A stretch of DNA of 51,811 bases from Aquisalinus sp. (lineage in GTDB: Bacteria > Pseudomonadota > Alphaproteobacteria > Caulobacterales > Parvularculaceae): NCBI GenBank assembly GCA_022763145.1, contig JALEGM010000151.1:1-51811 (forward strand), read 5' to 3'. The notes below the pieces were generated by a model. That model did no database searches. It saw nothing but the letters and a program-made list of their open reading frames with translations, and was not told where the DNA came from. The position numbers and the translations under genes are program-made. Below are positions 10,217 through 20,314 of the stretch, one piece after another. Within the stretch, counting starts at the first letter, position 1. The number at the start of each line of letters is the position of its first letter.

Positions 10217-11911
10217 TCAGCGCACAATCTGCCGCCGTAACACCAGAACGAAGAACAACATCAGCATCAGGAAATACGGTATATTACCTAGTCTATCGTA
10301 AATTGTGCGCTCCACAGCGACGGGAAGACGAGAAACAATAGTACCAGCCTGCTGCAAAGGGATTGTGTCCAGAATCCTGCCGGCTGGTCCGATAACAGCT
10401 GATATTCCTGTGTTGGCAGATCGTACCATGGGTACCCCCGTTTCAATGGCGCGCAGCCTTGCCTGAGCCAGGTGTTGCTTGGGCCCAACACTATCTCCAA
10501 ACCAGGCATCATTAGTGACTGTTACCATCCAATCAGGACGCTGACCTTTCGGGTACATCCTCCCGGGAAAAATTGTTTCGTAACAGATGATAGGAGCCAT
10601 AACAGTCTTGCCAACCGTCAAAACAGCAGGTCCATCCCCCCGTGACAGGCTGTTGTTGAGCGGAACCAGTTTGTCGATTCCAAGTGCCTGAAAGAGCCCG
10701 ATAAAAGGTACATACTCACCAAAAGGCGCCAGGTGATGTTTGTCATAAGATCCAACGATCATGCGCTGGCGTGTCTCAAGGTGTAATTCCTGCAGCTGAT
10801 TTCGCTCTTTTGTATCCGGTACCTGCATATCCCGAATGATATGCAAACTATTGAAATACCTGAAATCTGCCGCGGGTGTTTCATCCACGCGGATGGCACC
10901 AGAAACAAGCACAGCATTTGTTGGCAATGCCTCCTGCAGCAAATCAAGTGCTGTTTGATCCCGCTGGAAATAATCATACGCAGCATTTTCAGGCCATATA
11001 ATATAGAGTTCTTCGTCAGGCTCTAGCTCCTGCAGAACGTCTCCACCGCTAAGATTGAACGCTGCTAGAAAGTTTTGTGGGAACAGCTCAGGGTTTATTT
11101 TGTCGGCCTGCGCCACATTAGGCTGCACGACTTGTACCTTCGCATGCTGGCTGTACGTGACAGGATTGATCGCCAGTCTGATCGCTCCCACTAGAAGTAT
11201 AAGCGAGAATCCAACGGCAGTGATGGCGAAGGGATGCAGAACGGATAGCAACGGTTGGTCTGCCTGCTCACCACCTGAAGAACCATTGGTAACAGCCAGC
11301 GCAGGCAAAGCGGCCAGTAATAAAACAATGATACCCAAGCCGTAAGGGCCAATCCAGGCAACCGGTTGCGCCAATGCCGGAACACCTGCGAATGCTTGAC
11401 CTGTCAGATTCCAAGGCAGTCCCGTCAATACATGACCACGGGCGAACTCAGCCAGAGACCAGCAAATGATAAACACCAAAAGCCGCGACCAGTCAGCGCT
11501 CCAGAAACGACGCATCAAGAGAGTTGCTGTACCATAAAACAGGGCAATGAAACCTGCGAGCCCGGCTACGCCAACAAACCCCATAACCAGCAAGAGCACA
11601 GCCTGTGCTGGCCCAGAAGCTGTATGGACGAAGGAAAAAGCCATCCAGTAAAGGCTGAGATATAGGTAGCCAAAGGCAAAGCACCATCCGAGCAGAAAAC
11701 TGACCCTGTATCTGCGCGACTCTCGGGTTGCACCATCCAGCAACCAGATCAAACCACTGAAGCCAATAATCAAAAGGGGCAAAAGATAATAAGGCGCCAT
11801 GGTCAGAGCTGTGGCAACGCCCAGAAAGAACGCTATGGCATACCTACGCCAGCCTGACACCTGAACGATGTACACATGCGCGGCGATTAGCAGAGACTGC
11901 AATTTGTTCAT
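10217..11911 (-). CDS. lnt: Apolipoprotein N-acyltransferase
   Basis: TGLPWN, WPE, YDKHHLAPFGEY, ICYE, TNDAWF, RSANTGIS. Confidence 0.96.
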   Translation of the reverse strand: MNKLQSLLIAAHVYIVQVSGWRRYAIAFFLGVATALTMAPYYLLPLLIIGFSGLIWLLDGATRESRRYRVSFLLGWCFAFGYLYLSLYWMAFSFVHTASGPAQAVLLLVMGFVGVAGLAGFIALFYGTATLLMRRFWSADWSRLLVFIICWSLAEFARGHVLTGLPWNLTGQAFAGVPALAQPVAWIGPYGLGIIVLLLAALPALAVTNGSSGGEQADQPLLSVLHPFAITAVGFSLILLVGAIRLAINPVTYSQHAKVQVVQPNVAQADKINPELFPQNFLAAFNLSGGDVLQELEPDEELYIIWPENAAYDYFQRDQTALDLLQEALPTNAVLVSGAIRVDETPAADFRYFNSLHIIRDMQVPDTKERNQLQELHLETRQRMIVGSYDKHHLAPFGEYVPFIGLFQALGIDKLVPLNNSLSRGDGPAVLTVGKTVMAPIICYETIFPGRMYPKGQRPDWMVTVTNDAWFGDSVGPKQHLAQARLRAIETGVPMVRSANTGISAVIGPAGRILDTIPLQQAGTIVSRLPVAVERTIYDRLGNIPYFLMLMLFFVLVLRRQIVR

Positions 11912-11924
11912 GACAAATGCTGCT

Positions 11925-12902
11925 TTAGTTGCTCTCTAACGCTTCACTCGACGGCTCTGACAAACGACTGAGTTCATCCGGAGTCAGTTTGCGAAACTTG
12001 ATCTTTCTGATCCGTCGAGGGTCTGCTTCCAATACTTCAAACTCAACACCTTCGTGATGTCGCAAGACTTCACCGCGTAGGGGAACACGACCTGCCAAGC
12101 TGAAAACGAGTCCGCCAAGCGTATCCACTTCATCTCCGTCGATTTCCAGCTTGATCCCAACAGCCTCTTCCAGTTCCTCCATCGGTAATCGAGCATTCGC
12201 CTCCCAAACATCAGGTGACAGCAACTTCAGGAAGCTCGCCCCTTCTTCGTCATGCTCGTCCTGAATGTCACCCACGATCTCTTCGACAAGGTCTTCAATC
12301 GTCACAAGCCCATCGGTTCCACCGAATTCATCAATGACTAGCGCCATGTGAATGCGGTTTGCCTGCATACGTAGCAGCAAATCAGTAATTGGCATGGAGG
12401 GCGGTACGTAGAGCACTTTGCGCACCAACTGCTCAAGAATTGGCTGTGGTCCAGCAATTTTCTCTTGTTTCGGCTCCGCAAGGATCCCCACCAGGTCGCG
12501 GATATGCACAATACCTATTGGGTCATCAAGATCACCCCGAAAGACAGGTAAACGCGAATGACCTGCCTCAGAAAACACTTTGAGAAGTTCAGTCAGTAGG
12601 ATGTTTTCCTCAACCGCAATGATATCTGCACGAGGGATCATCACATCGACAACCTGTTTAGTATCAAAGGCAATGACGCGCTCAATCATCTGTCGACGAG
12701 AGTCCGAGACACCGCCCATGCCGTTGCCGCCATCATGAATAGAATTCATCACAGTATCACTGTTATTGCTCAACAAGCCGCGTATTTTTGACATCACGCC
12801 CGGGGCTTTTTCTGCGATCAAAAGATTTTCCTGAATATCCGCATCAGCTGCAGCTTCATCAGTTTTCGCGGTAACGCCGTTTGGCCTGGCACCGTCAGCC
12901 AT
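11925..12902 (-). CDS. corC: CBS-domain CorC/HlyC family Mg/Co transport protein
   Basis: VMIPRADI, HSRLPV, DEFGGTDGLVTIEDLVEEIVGDIQDEHD, DTLGG; start moved to MADG (12902), overlapping the ybeY stop. Confidence 0.88.
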   Translation of the reverse strand: MADGARPNGVTAKTDEAAADADIQENLLIAEKAPGVMSKIRGLLSNNSDTVMNSIHDGGNGMGGVSDSRRQMIERVIAFDTKQVVDVMIPRADIIAVEENILLTELLKVFSEAGHSRLPVFRGDLDDPIGIVHIRDLVGILAEPKQEKIAGPQPILEQLVRKVLYVPPSMPITDLLLRMQANRIHMALVIDEFGGTDGLVTIEDLVEEIVGDIQDEHDEEGASFLKLLSPDVWEANARLPMEELEEAVGIKLEIDGDEVDTLGGLVFSLAGRVPLRGEVLRHHEGVEFEVLEADPRRIRKIKFRKLTPDELSRLSEPSSEALESN

Positions 12903-13407
12903 TTGTGCTCTCCATGCCAAGATACGGGTTTGCAATGCCCATCATGGCTAAAATATCGGTTTCCAGTTTTTCCATAATCTCTGCGTCCTGATCAGACTGA
13001 TGATCGTAACCGAACAAATGTAAAATCCCATGCACTATCAGATGTGCTGTATGATCTTGCAAGCTTATGCCTTGTTCATCAGCTTCCCGTTGGCAGGTCT
13101 CAAACGCCAAAACAATATCACCATGGCTGTGCGTTTCTGTTTCCGGCAGGCCGGGCAAGGCCGGTCCGGCTGGGAATGAGAGAACATTGGTTGGCGTGTC
13201 CTTGCCTCTGTATTGGCGGTTCAAATTTCTGACATCTGCATCATCTGTAAACAGGACTGTTATCGACCCAGATGTAAGACTTTCAATTTTATGCCTCGTT
13301 ACGGAGTCAAAACAATCTGAGGTCAATTCCTCAATGCCCGACCACAGATCACTTTCCAAAATGATCTCCGGCCTCAACTGACCTGATACTGAAGGAGAGA
13401 GTGTCAC
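12895..13407 (-). CDS. ybeY: rRNA maturation endoribonuclease YbeY
   Basis: LNRQYRGKDTPTNVLSFP, HLIVHGILHLFGYDH. Confidence 0.96.
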   Translation of the reverse strand: MTLSPSVSGQLRPEIILESDLWSGIEELTSDCFDSVTRHKIESLTSGSITVLFTDDADVRNLNRQYRGKDTPTNVLSFPAGPALPGLPETETHSHGDIVLAFETCQREADEQGISLQDHTAHLIVHGILHLFGYDHQSDQDAEIMEKLETDILAMMGIANPYLGMESTNG

Positions 13408-14444
13408 TTTTTGTCGCTTGCCGCAGCTATCACTTGCTGACGTCTACTCTTATCCCGGGCCTCATATGCCTTGACAACGCGTGCCACCAGTTCATGCCGC
13501 ACCACATCTTCTGGTTGAAAGCGCACAACCTCAACACCTTTGACTTTACTCAATAAACCAAGCGCATCCGTAAGACCGGATGGTTCAGCCGCAGGCAAGT
13601 CCGTCTGTGATGGGTCGCCTGTTACCACCATTCGGGAACCCTCACCCAGGCGGGTTAAAAACATCTTCATCTGCGAGATACTGGCATTCTGGCCTTCGTC
13701 AAGAATAACCGCGGCGCGTGAAAGCGTGCGACCGCGCATGAAGGCAAGAGGCGCTATTTCAATGTCGCCTGAAGCTATGCGTCTATCCACAAAGTCAGTA
13801 TGTAAAATATCATAAAGAGCATCATATAGTGGACGCAAAAACGGATCGACTTTCTCTTTCATATCGCCGGGCAGAAAGCCTATGCGCTCGCCTGCCTCCA
13901 GGGCAGGTCTTGAAAGAATAATCCTTTCCACCTCACCACGAAGCAGAAGGTGCGCAGCGTAAACGACTGCGAGATAAGTTTTGCCTGTACCGGCTGGGCC
14001 CACACCAAAGACAAGCTCGCTTTCGGTAAGCGCCTGCAAATAAGCTGCTTGTGTCGCAGTGCGCGGACTGACTGACCGTTTCTGCAGCGAAAGGACCATT
14101 TTATCTTCTTGCTTTAAAGAAGGCGAGGGAGCAGCGAGTGCTGATAGCCTTATGGCAGCATCCACATCGCCAGGTGTAATAGCTCTGCCTTGCTGTAGTT
14201 GCGCGTATAAGCGTGCAAGCACCTCTCTTGCATATTTACAGCCTTCCTGAGAGCCAGTCAGAACGAGGCGATTACCGCGCGCGTCAATGCGGACGTCCAG
14301 CTGTTGTTCAAGCAATAAAAGATTGGCGTCTGTTACACCGCAAAGCTCTTTGACTAGTCTGTTGTCCTCAAAGTCGATTGTTTCCATGACGGCATTGCTC
14401 AAATCCTGCTCTTCCCCCGTGAGGCGCTTTACCTTTCTTGGCAT
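13404..14444 (-). CDS. phoH: PhoH-like ATPase (YbeZ)
   Basis: GPAGTGKT, GFLPGD..EKVDP, FMRGRTL, KMFLTR. Confidence 0.95.
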   Translation of the reverse strand: MPRKVKRLTGEEQDLSNAVMETIDFEDNRLVKELCGVTDANLLLLEQQLDVRIDARGNRLVLTGSQEGCKYAREVLARLYAQLQQGRAITPGDVDAAIRLSALAAPSPSLKQEDKMVLSLQKRSVSPRTATQAAYLQALTESELVFGVGPAGTGKTYLAVVYAAHLLLRGEVERIILSRPALEAGERIGFLPGDMKEKVDPFLRPLYDALYDILHTDFVDRRIASGDIEIAPLAFMRGRTLSRAAVILDEGQNASISQMKMFLTRLGEGSRMVVTGDPSQTDLPAAEPSGLTDALGLLSKVKGVEVVRFQPEDVVRHELVARVVKAYEARDKSRRQQVIAAASDKK

Positions 14445-15844
14445 CAGGCTGAAATCCTGTCTTGCGCCGGCCTTGCAGATAGGGAGTTGCTCAATGTATC
14501 AATAATTTCGAGATCAATAATTTGTCCCAGCAGACTCTCTGACAAATCGGCATGTACTGCCTGAAGATACGGTGAGCGCCCGACAAGTTGCCCATCATTA
14601 CGGCCTTTCTTTTCAAGTAGTACCGGTAATACTTTTCCGATTTGCGCCTTATTAAAGGATTGTTTCTGTTGTTCGAGCAAGTCCTGAAGGCGTGCAAGCC
14701 TTTGTGTTTTCAAAGGTTCTGCGACTTGTTTGGCCATACTTGCGCCTGGTGTGCCGGGGCGGCGAGAATACTTGAATGAGAACGCCGAGGCATACCCTAC
14801 CGTTTCGACGAGCCGCATTGTTTCCTCAAAGTCTTCATCACTCTCGCCCGGAAAGCCGACAATGAAATCACCCGAGATCGCAATATCCGGCCTCGCTTTG
14901 CGAATCACCTCTATCTGGCGAATGTAACTCTCCGCGGTATGGCCGCGGTTCATGGCCTTGAGTATCTTATCCGAACCAGCCTGAACAGGAAGGTGCAGAT
15001 AAGGCATCAGCTTAGGTTCTTCCCCCAAGGCTTCAATTAAACCATTATCCATGTCGCGAGGGTGCGATGTAGTAAAGCGAATTCGCTCAATACCATCAAT
15101 TCTGGCCAAGTGTCTGACAAGCTCGCCAAGGCCCCATTCAGCTCCCGGATCACCGGTAGGCGGAGCACCATGCCACGCGTTTACATTCTGACCGAGAAGG
15201 GTCACTTCCCGCAATCCTTTGGCAGCCAGCATCCTTACTTCAGCTGTGATCGCGTCAACAGAACGGGAAACCTCTTCACCGCGCGTATACGGCACAACAC
15301 AGAAAGTGCAGAACTTGTCGCAGCCCTCCTGAATTGTTACGAAAGCGGAATAACCCTTAATTTCCCTGCCTGTCGCCAGTGCATCAAACTTCTCCTCAAC
15401 AGCAAAGTCAGTTTCCAGGATTTCGCCCCTAGCCCGCGCCGCACGCGCTATCATTTCGGGCAGTCGATGATATGTCTGGGGGCCAAAGACCATGTCTACA
15501 ATAGGCGCGCGCGTCGTAATCTCAGCACCCTCAGCTTGTGCAACGCATCCGGCAACGGCAACCTTCATTTCGCCGCCCTGGTCTTCTTTTTTTTCCTTGT
15601 CCTTTCGGATGCGCCCGAGGTCCGAGTAAACTTTCTCGGCAGCTTTCTCGCGAATATGGCAAGTATTCAAAATAACAAGATCAGCGTCTTCTGACGTTTC
15701 GGTTTCCTGATAACCTAGTGGCTTCAGCAGACCGGCCATGCGCTCAGAATCATAAACATTCATCTGACAGCCATAGGTCTTTATGAACAGCTTCTTTGGC
15801 TGCTCAGATGTTAGATTTGAGACTGTTGGTTTTCCGCTTACCAT
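14444..15844 (-). CDS. miaB: tRNA methylthiotransferase MiaB
   Basis: [20 protein letters not shown], radical-SAM motif CDKFCTFC, C-terminal TRAM domain. Confidence 0.97.
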   Translation of the reverse strand: MVSGKPTVSNLTSEQPKKLFIKTYGCQMNVYDSERMAGLLKPLGYQETETSEDADLVILNTCHIREKAAEKVYSDLGRIRKDKEKKEDQGGEMKVAVAGCVAQAEGAEITTRAPIVDMVFGPQTYHRLPEMIARAARARGEILETDFAVEEKFDALATGREIKGYSAFVTIQEGCDKFCTFCVVPYTRGEEVSRSVDAITAEVRMLAAKGLREVTLLGQNVNAWHGAPPTGDPGAEWGLGELVRHLARIDGIERIRFTTSHPRDMDNGLIEALGEEPKLMPYLHLPVQAGSDKILKAMNRGHTAESYIRQIEVIRKARPDIAISGDFIVGFPGESDEDFEETMRLVETVGYASAFSFKYSRRPGTPGASMAKQVAEPLKTQRLARLQDLLEQQKQSFNKAQIGKVLPVLLEKKGRNDGQLVGRSPYLQAVHADLSESLLGQIIDLEIIDTLSNSLSARPAQDRISA

Positions 15845-15923
15845 CTGACTGTCCTACCAAAATTAGAGAAGCGCTTCTATCCGTCTGGCCGGTTTTAAGG
15901 CAAGCCCAATCGAACCAATTTTT

Positions 15924-15968
15924 ATTGACAATCATTCTCAATTACAGTAAATGAGAATCATGATCATT
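15924..15968. promoter_or_regulatory. Two Fur-box-like 19-mers at the bfd promoter
   Basis: ATTGACAATCATTCTCAAT (15924-15942, near-palindrome containing TTGACA) and AATGAGAATCATGATCATT (15950-15968, overlapping the bfd start). Confidence 0.7.
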
Positions 15969-16181
15969 TGCGTTTGCCGTCGTCTTAATACCAAGAAAGT
16001 TGAGTCTGCCATTCAAGCAGGAGCCAAAACACCTGCCTGCGTGCTGGCGCATCACGGGACCAGATTTAATTGCGGAAAATGCCGACCGGAAATCTGCAAC
16101 TTGATCAGCAAAACAGCTCCAGTAACACCCGCTCACAGCAATGACGCCAGCGCTTCACATGCGATGATGGCTGCTGAATAA
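15960..16181 (+). CDS. bfd: Bacterioferritin-associated ferredoxin (2Fe-2S)
   Basis: MIICVC...CGKC motif; directly upstream of bfr; start set at MIIC. Confidence 0.9.
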   Translation: MIICVCRRLNTKKVESAIQAGAKTPACVLAHHGTRFNCGKCRPEICNLISKTAPVTPAHSNDASASHAMMAAE

Positions 16182-16279
16182 ACTTTTTGCGCTAGTGCGA
16201 GGCACTTGCACGAATATTTGTAGCCCTGCTGATTAACCGGGTCTATTTCAATAACAAATCAAATGAATGAGGGTTGAGC

Positions 16280-16771
16280 ATGAAGGGTGATGCAAAAATC
16301 ATAGAGTTCCTGAACAAGGCACTTAAGAATGAGCTAACAGCGATTAATCAATATTTTCTTCACGCACGTATGCTGAAGGATTGGGGAATTTCCGAGTTTG
16401 CCAAGAAGGAATACAAGGAATCCATAGAGGAAATGGAGCATGCGGATTGGCTGATTGACCGCATACTTTTTCTCGAGGGACTACCGAACTTGCAGGACTT
16501 GGGGAAGTTACGGATTGGCGAGGACGTTAAAGAGATACTGGAGTGCGATCTCCAGCTTGAGCACGACGCGATCCCCCTGCTAAAGGACGCAATCGAATAC
16601 TGCGAGGAACACCGAGACTATGTTTCACGGGACCTGTTCGGGAAAATTCTGCATAATGAAGAAGAACATGTCGATTGGATAGAAACCCAGCTAGGTCTGA
16701 TTGACCGCATGGGTATCGAACATTTCATCCATCTTCAAACGAGCGCAAATGCTGCGACAGCGCAGGACTAA
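16280..16771 (+). CDS. bfr: Bacterioferritin
   Basis: MKGD..., [18 protein letters not shown] (heme Met), EEEHVDW. Confidence 0.98.
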   Translation: MKGDAKIIEFLNKALKNELTAINQYFLHARMLKDWGISEFAKKEYKESIEEMEHADWLIDRILFLEGLPNLQDLGKLRIGEDVKEILECDLQLEHDAIPLLKDAIEYCEEHRDYVSRDLFGKILHNEEEHVDWIETQLGLIDRMGIEHFIHLQTSANAATAQD

Positions 16772-16778
16772 TAAACGA

Positions 16779-16806
16779 AAACGGCACCCATAATCGGGTG
16801 CCGTTT
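16779..16806. terminator. Likely bidirectional intrinsic terminator
   Basis: AAACGGCACCC-ataatc-GGGTGCCGTTT perfect 11-bp stem between convergent genes. Confidence 0.8.
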
Positions 16807-16830
16807 CATAATCAGTACTTTATTAAGTAT

Positions 16831-17187
16831 TCAGAAGCCCCAACTTGAAGGGTTTGGGTATGCTTCACCGCGTGATGCATATTGGATGCCCTTCACACAT
16901 CGCACAATGTACCAGACAAAAAGCACAAGAAACAAAAAGATCCCGATAACGACCAGGGCCAGGGCCGCACAAATAAGCGTGTAAAGAATAAGCTTCCAGA
17001 ACACATTGATCTGGTTGTGATAGTGTGATTTCTGCCAATCAGGCGCTTCATCTTTAGCGACGTAAGCCATGATGACGCCAATAATCGTCGTGATACAGGT
17101 CGCTATACCAACAAGGTATAAGACGTAAATTATATTGGTTGTGCCTGAACCGGCAGGATTTGAAGAAACTTCAGTCGATTCACTCAT
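16831..17187 (-). CDS. DUF4870-like small membrane protein
   Basis: IIYVLYL..., IIGVIMAY, SHY..QI..FW, WYIVRCVKG; start set at MSESTE. Confidence 0.8.
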   Translation of the reverse strand: MSESTEVSSNPAGSGTTNIIYVLYLVGIATCITTIIGVIMAYVAKDEAPDWQKSHYHNQINVFWKLILYTLICAALALVVIGIFLFLVLFVWYIVRCVKGIQYASRGEAYPNPSSWGF

Positions 17188-17299
17188 ACAACTTCCCTTT
17201 TCAGTTGTACGCCCTGAAGTTAGATTAGTCGCTATTGCCGCGCTGAGCAAGCAGACTGCTAACGTAATGCTACAGTTCTTTTTTTGAATTCAAGATGTT

Positions 17300-17716
17300 T
17301 TACTCTTTGATGTCTTCCAGCGGCACCCCATAAAGCTCTAACCGATGATCAACTAACTTGAAGCCGTGGTCGCGTGCTATCTTTTCCTGCAACCTTTCAA
17401 TTTCTTCGTTCAAGAATTCAATCACCTCGCCGGTCCGAAGATTAATCAGGTGGTCGTGATGCTCGTTGGGCATCTCTTCGTAGCGAGAACGCCCATCATT
17501 AAAGTCGTGCTTTTCAACTATATCGTAGTCCTCGAAAAGACGCATCGTACGATAAACAGTCGCGATAGAAATACGGTCATCAATCTCATTGGATCTACGA
17601 TGGATTTCTTCTACGTCAGGATGATCTTCCGCCTCCGAAATGACCTTGGCAATAACACGACGTTGGTCGGTCATTCGTAATCCTTTTTCGAGGCAAAGTT
17701 TCTCAATACTGTTCAT
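17300..17716 (-). CDS. fur: Fur-family metal uptake regulator
   Basis: GLRMTDQRR, HPDVEE, ISIATVYRT, HHDHLI; ATG 17716 has an AGGAGA SD. Confidence 0.93.
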   Translation of the reverse strand: MNSIEKLCLEKGLRMTDQRRVIAKVISEAEDHPDVEEIHRRSNEIDDRISIATVYRTMRLFEDYDIVEKHDFNDGRSRYEEMPNEHHDHLINLRTGEVIEFLNEEIERLQEKIARDHGFKLVDHRLELYGVPLEDIKE

Positions 17717-17844
17717 GCTTATCTCCTGATGGGACATCCTATAGGCGAATTCTCTGTGAGGCTCAAACGTACATCTCTGCCTACCCGTGAGGTAATTGTT
17801 TTAGGTCAGGTCTGCCATAAGGTTTGGGCTGAAAGGAAAAAACA

Positions 17845-18243
17845 ATGACGCATCTCGAAATACTCGCAGCGAGCGCTGGTGTGACCCTGATCATCTCTAT
17901 GGTTGTTATCGCATTGCAAGCGGAGAACAAAAAAACAGGCAACTGGATGATACCGGCCGCTCTATCTTTGGTATTTTTTCTATACTCAGCCATTACTGTT
18001 GTTCAAGAAGGACTTACAGGTTTCTGGACAGAACATATTAGTGATATGTGGGGCACCCAAATCTGGCTCGACCTATTGCTGGCCGTTGGTATTGGGTTCT
18101 TCCTACTGGCACCACAAGCCAAAACAGTTGGCATGAGGCTGTTTCCCTGGCTGATTTTCATCGTTTGCACAGGGTGCATTGGATTATTAGCGATGCTCGC
18201 ACGCTTTCTTTATCTCAAGGAGAAGGTTGAGAAAGCATCATAA
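17845..18243 (+). CDS. Hypothetical 4-TM membrane protein
   Basis: Four hydrophobic segments, WGTQIWLDLL motif; AAGGA SD. Confidence 0.7.
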   Translation: MTHLEILAASAGVTLIISMVVIALQAENKKTGNWMIPAALSLVFFLYSAITVVQEGLTGFWTEHISDMWGTQIWLDLLLAVGIGFFLLAPQAKTVGMRLFPWLIFIVCTGCIGLLAMLARFLYLKEKVEKAS

Positions 18244-18649
18244 TGATCGCATCCGTACCAGCTTTATAATATGCTCTGCGACGACCAGTCTCGTAAAAGC
18301 CTGCTGATTTATACATTTCGATAGCAGCCTGATTGTCCGCCGCTACCTCGAGGAAAAAATGATTAACCGGAAGCTTGAATATGCTCCGAAGCAGTTGGTC
18401 ACCATACCCCTTTCTGCGGTCAGTTGACAAAAGTCCTATCGTTAAAATCTCAGCTTCATCCGCTACAGTAGATACAGCTGAAATACCGACAGGAGTGTCG
18501 CCATCCTCCGCAATAAGGAAATGCATTCTTTCTTGACGCAATCGGCTGGCAAACCACTCTACGGTCCAGGCATCTTCCGGGAATATTTCGGCATGAAGAC
18601 GAGCCAGTATTTGGGCATCCTTTGCCGTGGCAGTTCTAATCCGAAACAT
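18215..18649 (-). CDS. rimI: Ribosomal-protein-alanine N-acetyltransferase (GNAT)
   Basis: DEAEILTI, RRKGYG, FLEVAADN.AAI.MY, GRRRAYY; follows tsaB. Confidence 0.88.
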   Translation of the reverse strand: MFRIRTATAKDAQILARLHAEIFPEDAWTVEWFASRLRQERMHFLIAEDGDTPVGISAVSTVADEAEILTIGLLSTDRRKGYGDQLLRSIFKLPVNHFFLEVAADNQAAIEMYKSAGFYETGRRRAYYKAGTDAIIMMLSQPSP

Positions 18650-18724
18650 GACTTCAAATTTCCCTTTGTGCGTGTAACCGCTGTTTATGAGCTAAAAAGC
18701 TCACCTTGCGTGGGAATGGCACGA

Positions 18725-19411
18725 TCACCCCCCAACCGACCGTGCCACCGGCGAGACAGAAGCTGGCTTTGCATCTGCTGCACGTAGATACATAGCTGAT
18801 GGTGCCACATCCATGTCTGGCAACTTTGCGCCCAGCTGTGCGATTGCAACTGGGTCAGGTTGATGAGCGCGCCAGTCTTCTTTTTCGACTAGATCTGGAA
18901 AAACCAAAGGAACACCTGAACCTATGAGCTGATGCTTCGCCAGCTTATCCAGATCAGGAAGAGAATTTCTCACCTCGTCCGGGGATAAAACAAAAGCAGC
19001 ATCCCTTGGCTCGTTGGATTGGTCAAAGATTTGCCCGTAAACCTGCCCACGCCGCGCATCAATAAGAACGACTTTTTGTTCGCTTACCTGACTGGAATAA
19101 GTTGCCGCCAAAGCCTGCAGCGTTGTGATGCCGACAACCGGTAGATCACGCCCCACCGTCAGCCCACGCGCAAACGCCAACCCAACCCTAACTCCGGTAA
19201 ATGAACCCGGGCCAATAGTCACCACTATACGAGAGAGGTCAACAACCCCAATATTGGCAGCCTGGAGTGCTTCTGAAACAAGCGGCGCCAACCTCTCGGC
19301 GTGACCTCGCTCGCGAGACTCCATAATTTTCGCGAGCGTCTGTTGATCGTCGAGTATGGCCGCACTGCATGACTGCAAGCAGGTATCTAGCGCTAGTATG
19401 GCCGCTGGCAT
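18725..19411 (-). CDS. tsaB: t6A biosynthesis protein TsaB
   Basis: ILALDT, GHAERL, GPGSFTGVRVG, IDARRGQVY. Confidence 0.95.
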   Translation of the reverse strand: MPAAILALDTCLQSCSAAILDDQQTLAKIMESRERGHAERLAPLVSEALQAANIGVVDLSRIVVTIGPGSFTGVRVGLAFARGLTVGRDLPVVGITTLQALAATYSSQVSEQKVVLIDARRGQVYGQIFDQSNEPRDAAFVLSPDEVRNSLPDLDKLAKHQLIGSGVPLVFPDLVEKEDWRAHQPDPVAIAQLGAKLPDMDVAPSAMYLRAADAKPASVSPVARSVGG

Positions 19412-19420
19412 ATACTTTAA

Positions 19421-20035
19421 TTACAGCAACTTACAGACATCATCGAAGTCAAATCGCGGCGACCGCTCGAATAGATTTTCTGTTGTCCCATACCCAATAT
19501 TACATAAGAAATTTGCTCTCACATCACCTGACTCATCTGCAAAAAACTCTTTAGAGACCCCGGCTTGATCGAAACCAGACATGGGACCACAATCGAGACC
19601 CAGAGACCTTGCGGCCATCATAAGGTACGCGCCTTGCAACGTCCCGTTGCGAAAAGCCGTTTCAGCGATCAGCGACGCATTCCCCTCAAACCAGGCCCGC
19701 GCATCTGTATGCGGGAACAACTTGGGTAGATGCTCATGGAATTGCAGGTCATGTCCGATGACGGCCACACAAGGTGCAGACATTGTTTTTTCGACATTGC
19801 CTTCGCCCAAGTGCGGCTTGAGGCGGTCTTTTGCCTCCGTTGACGTCAGGAAAACGACCCGTGCCGGCGAGCAATTCGCCGATGTCGGTGCAAACTTCAT
19901 CAAGTCATAAATCGCCTGAATAAGGGTCTCTGGCACAGCCTTGTCTTCCCAGGCATTGAAAGTACGCGCTTCGCGAAAAAGCTGATCCAGTGCGTGGTCG
20001 TTCAATGGCTTGTTGTCAGTTTTTTTCTCGACCAT
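19421..20035 (-). CDS. Nitroreductase-family malonic semialdehyde reductase (RutE-like)
   Basis: LFREART, PTSANCSPAR, FRNGTLQGAY, GLDCGPMSGFD. Confidence 0.88.
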   Translation of the reverse strand: MVEKKTDNKPLNDHALDQLFREARTFNAWEDKAVPETLIQAIYDLMKFAPTSANCSPARVVFLTSTEAKDRLKPHLGEGNVEKTMSAPCVAVIGHDLQFHEHLPKLFPHTDARAWFEGNASLIAETAFRNGTLQGAYLMMAARSLGLDCGPMSGFDQAGVSKEFFADESGDVRANFLCNIGYGTTENLFERSPRFDFDDVCKLL

Positions 20036-20040
20036 GTGGT

Positions 20041-20256
20041 TTAGTCTTTCCTGTCGTAACGGAACCCGAGTTCAAGTGTGACCTGATAATAGGCAACCTT
20101 ATTGTCAGCGATGTAGCCGCGAGTCTCTTTCACTTCAAACCAGTCCAGATTTTTCAGTGTTTTACTGGCTGTTGAAATGGCGTTCTCTATGGCATCCTCA
20201 ATTGACTTGCTGGATGTTCCAACGAGTTTGGTGACGGAATATACGTTATCAGACAT
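20041..20256 (-). CDS. Dodecin (flavin-binding protein)
   Basis: VY..TKLVGTS..SIEDAI.NAI..A.KTLKNLDWFEV.ETRG.I....V.YYQVTL..GF. Confidence 0.93.
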   Translation of the reverse strand: MSDNVYSVTKLVGTSSKSIEDAIENAISTASKTLKNLDWFEVKETRGYIADNKVAYYQVTLELGFRYDRKD

Positions 20257-20314
20257 ATCTATCTCTCCTTACATGTATCAATAAACGGGATGCATCACGC
20301 ATGTCCCAACAGAA

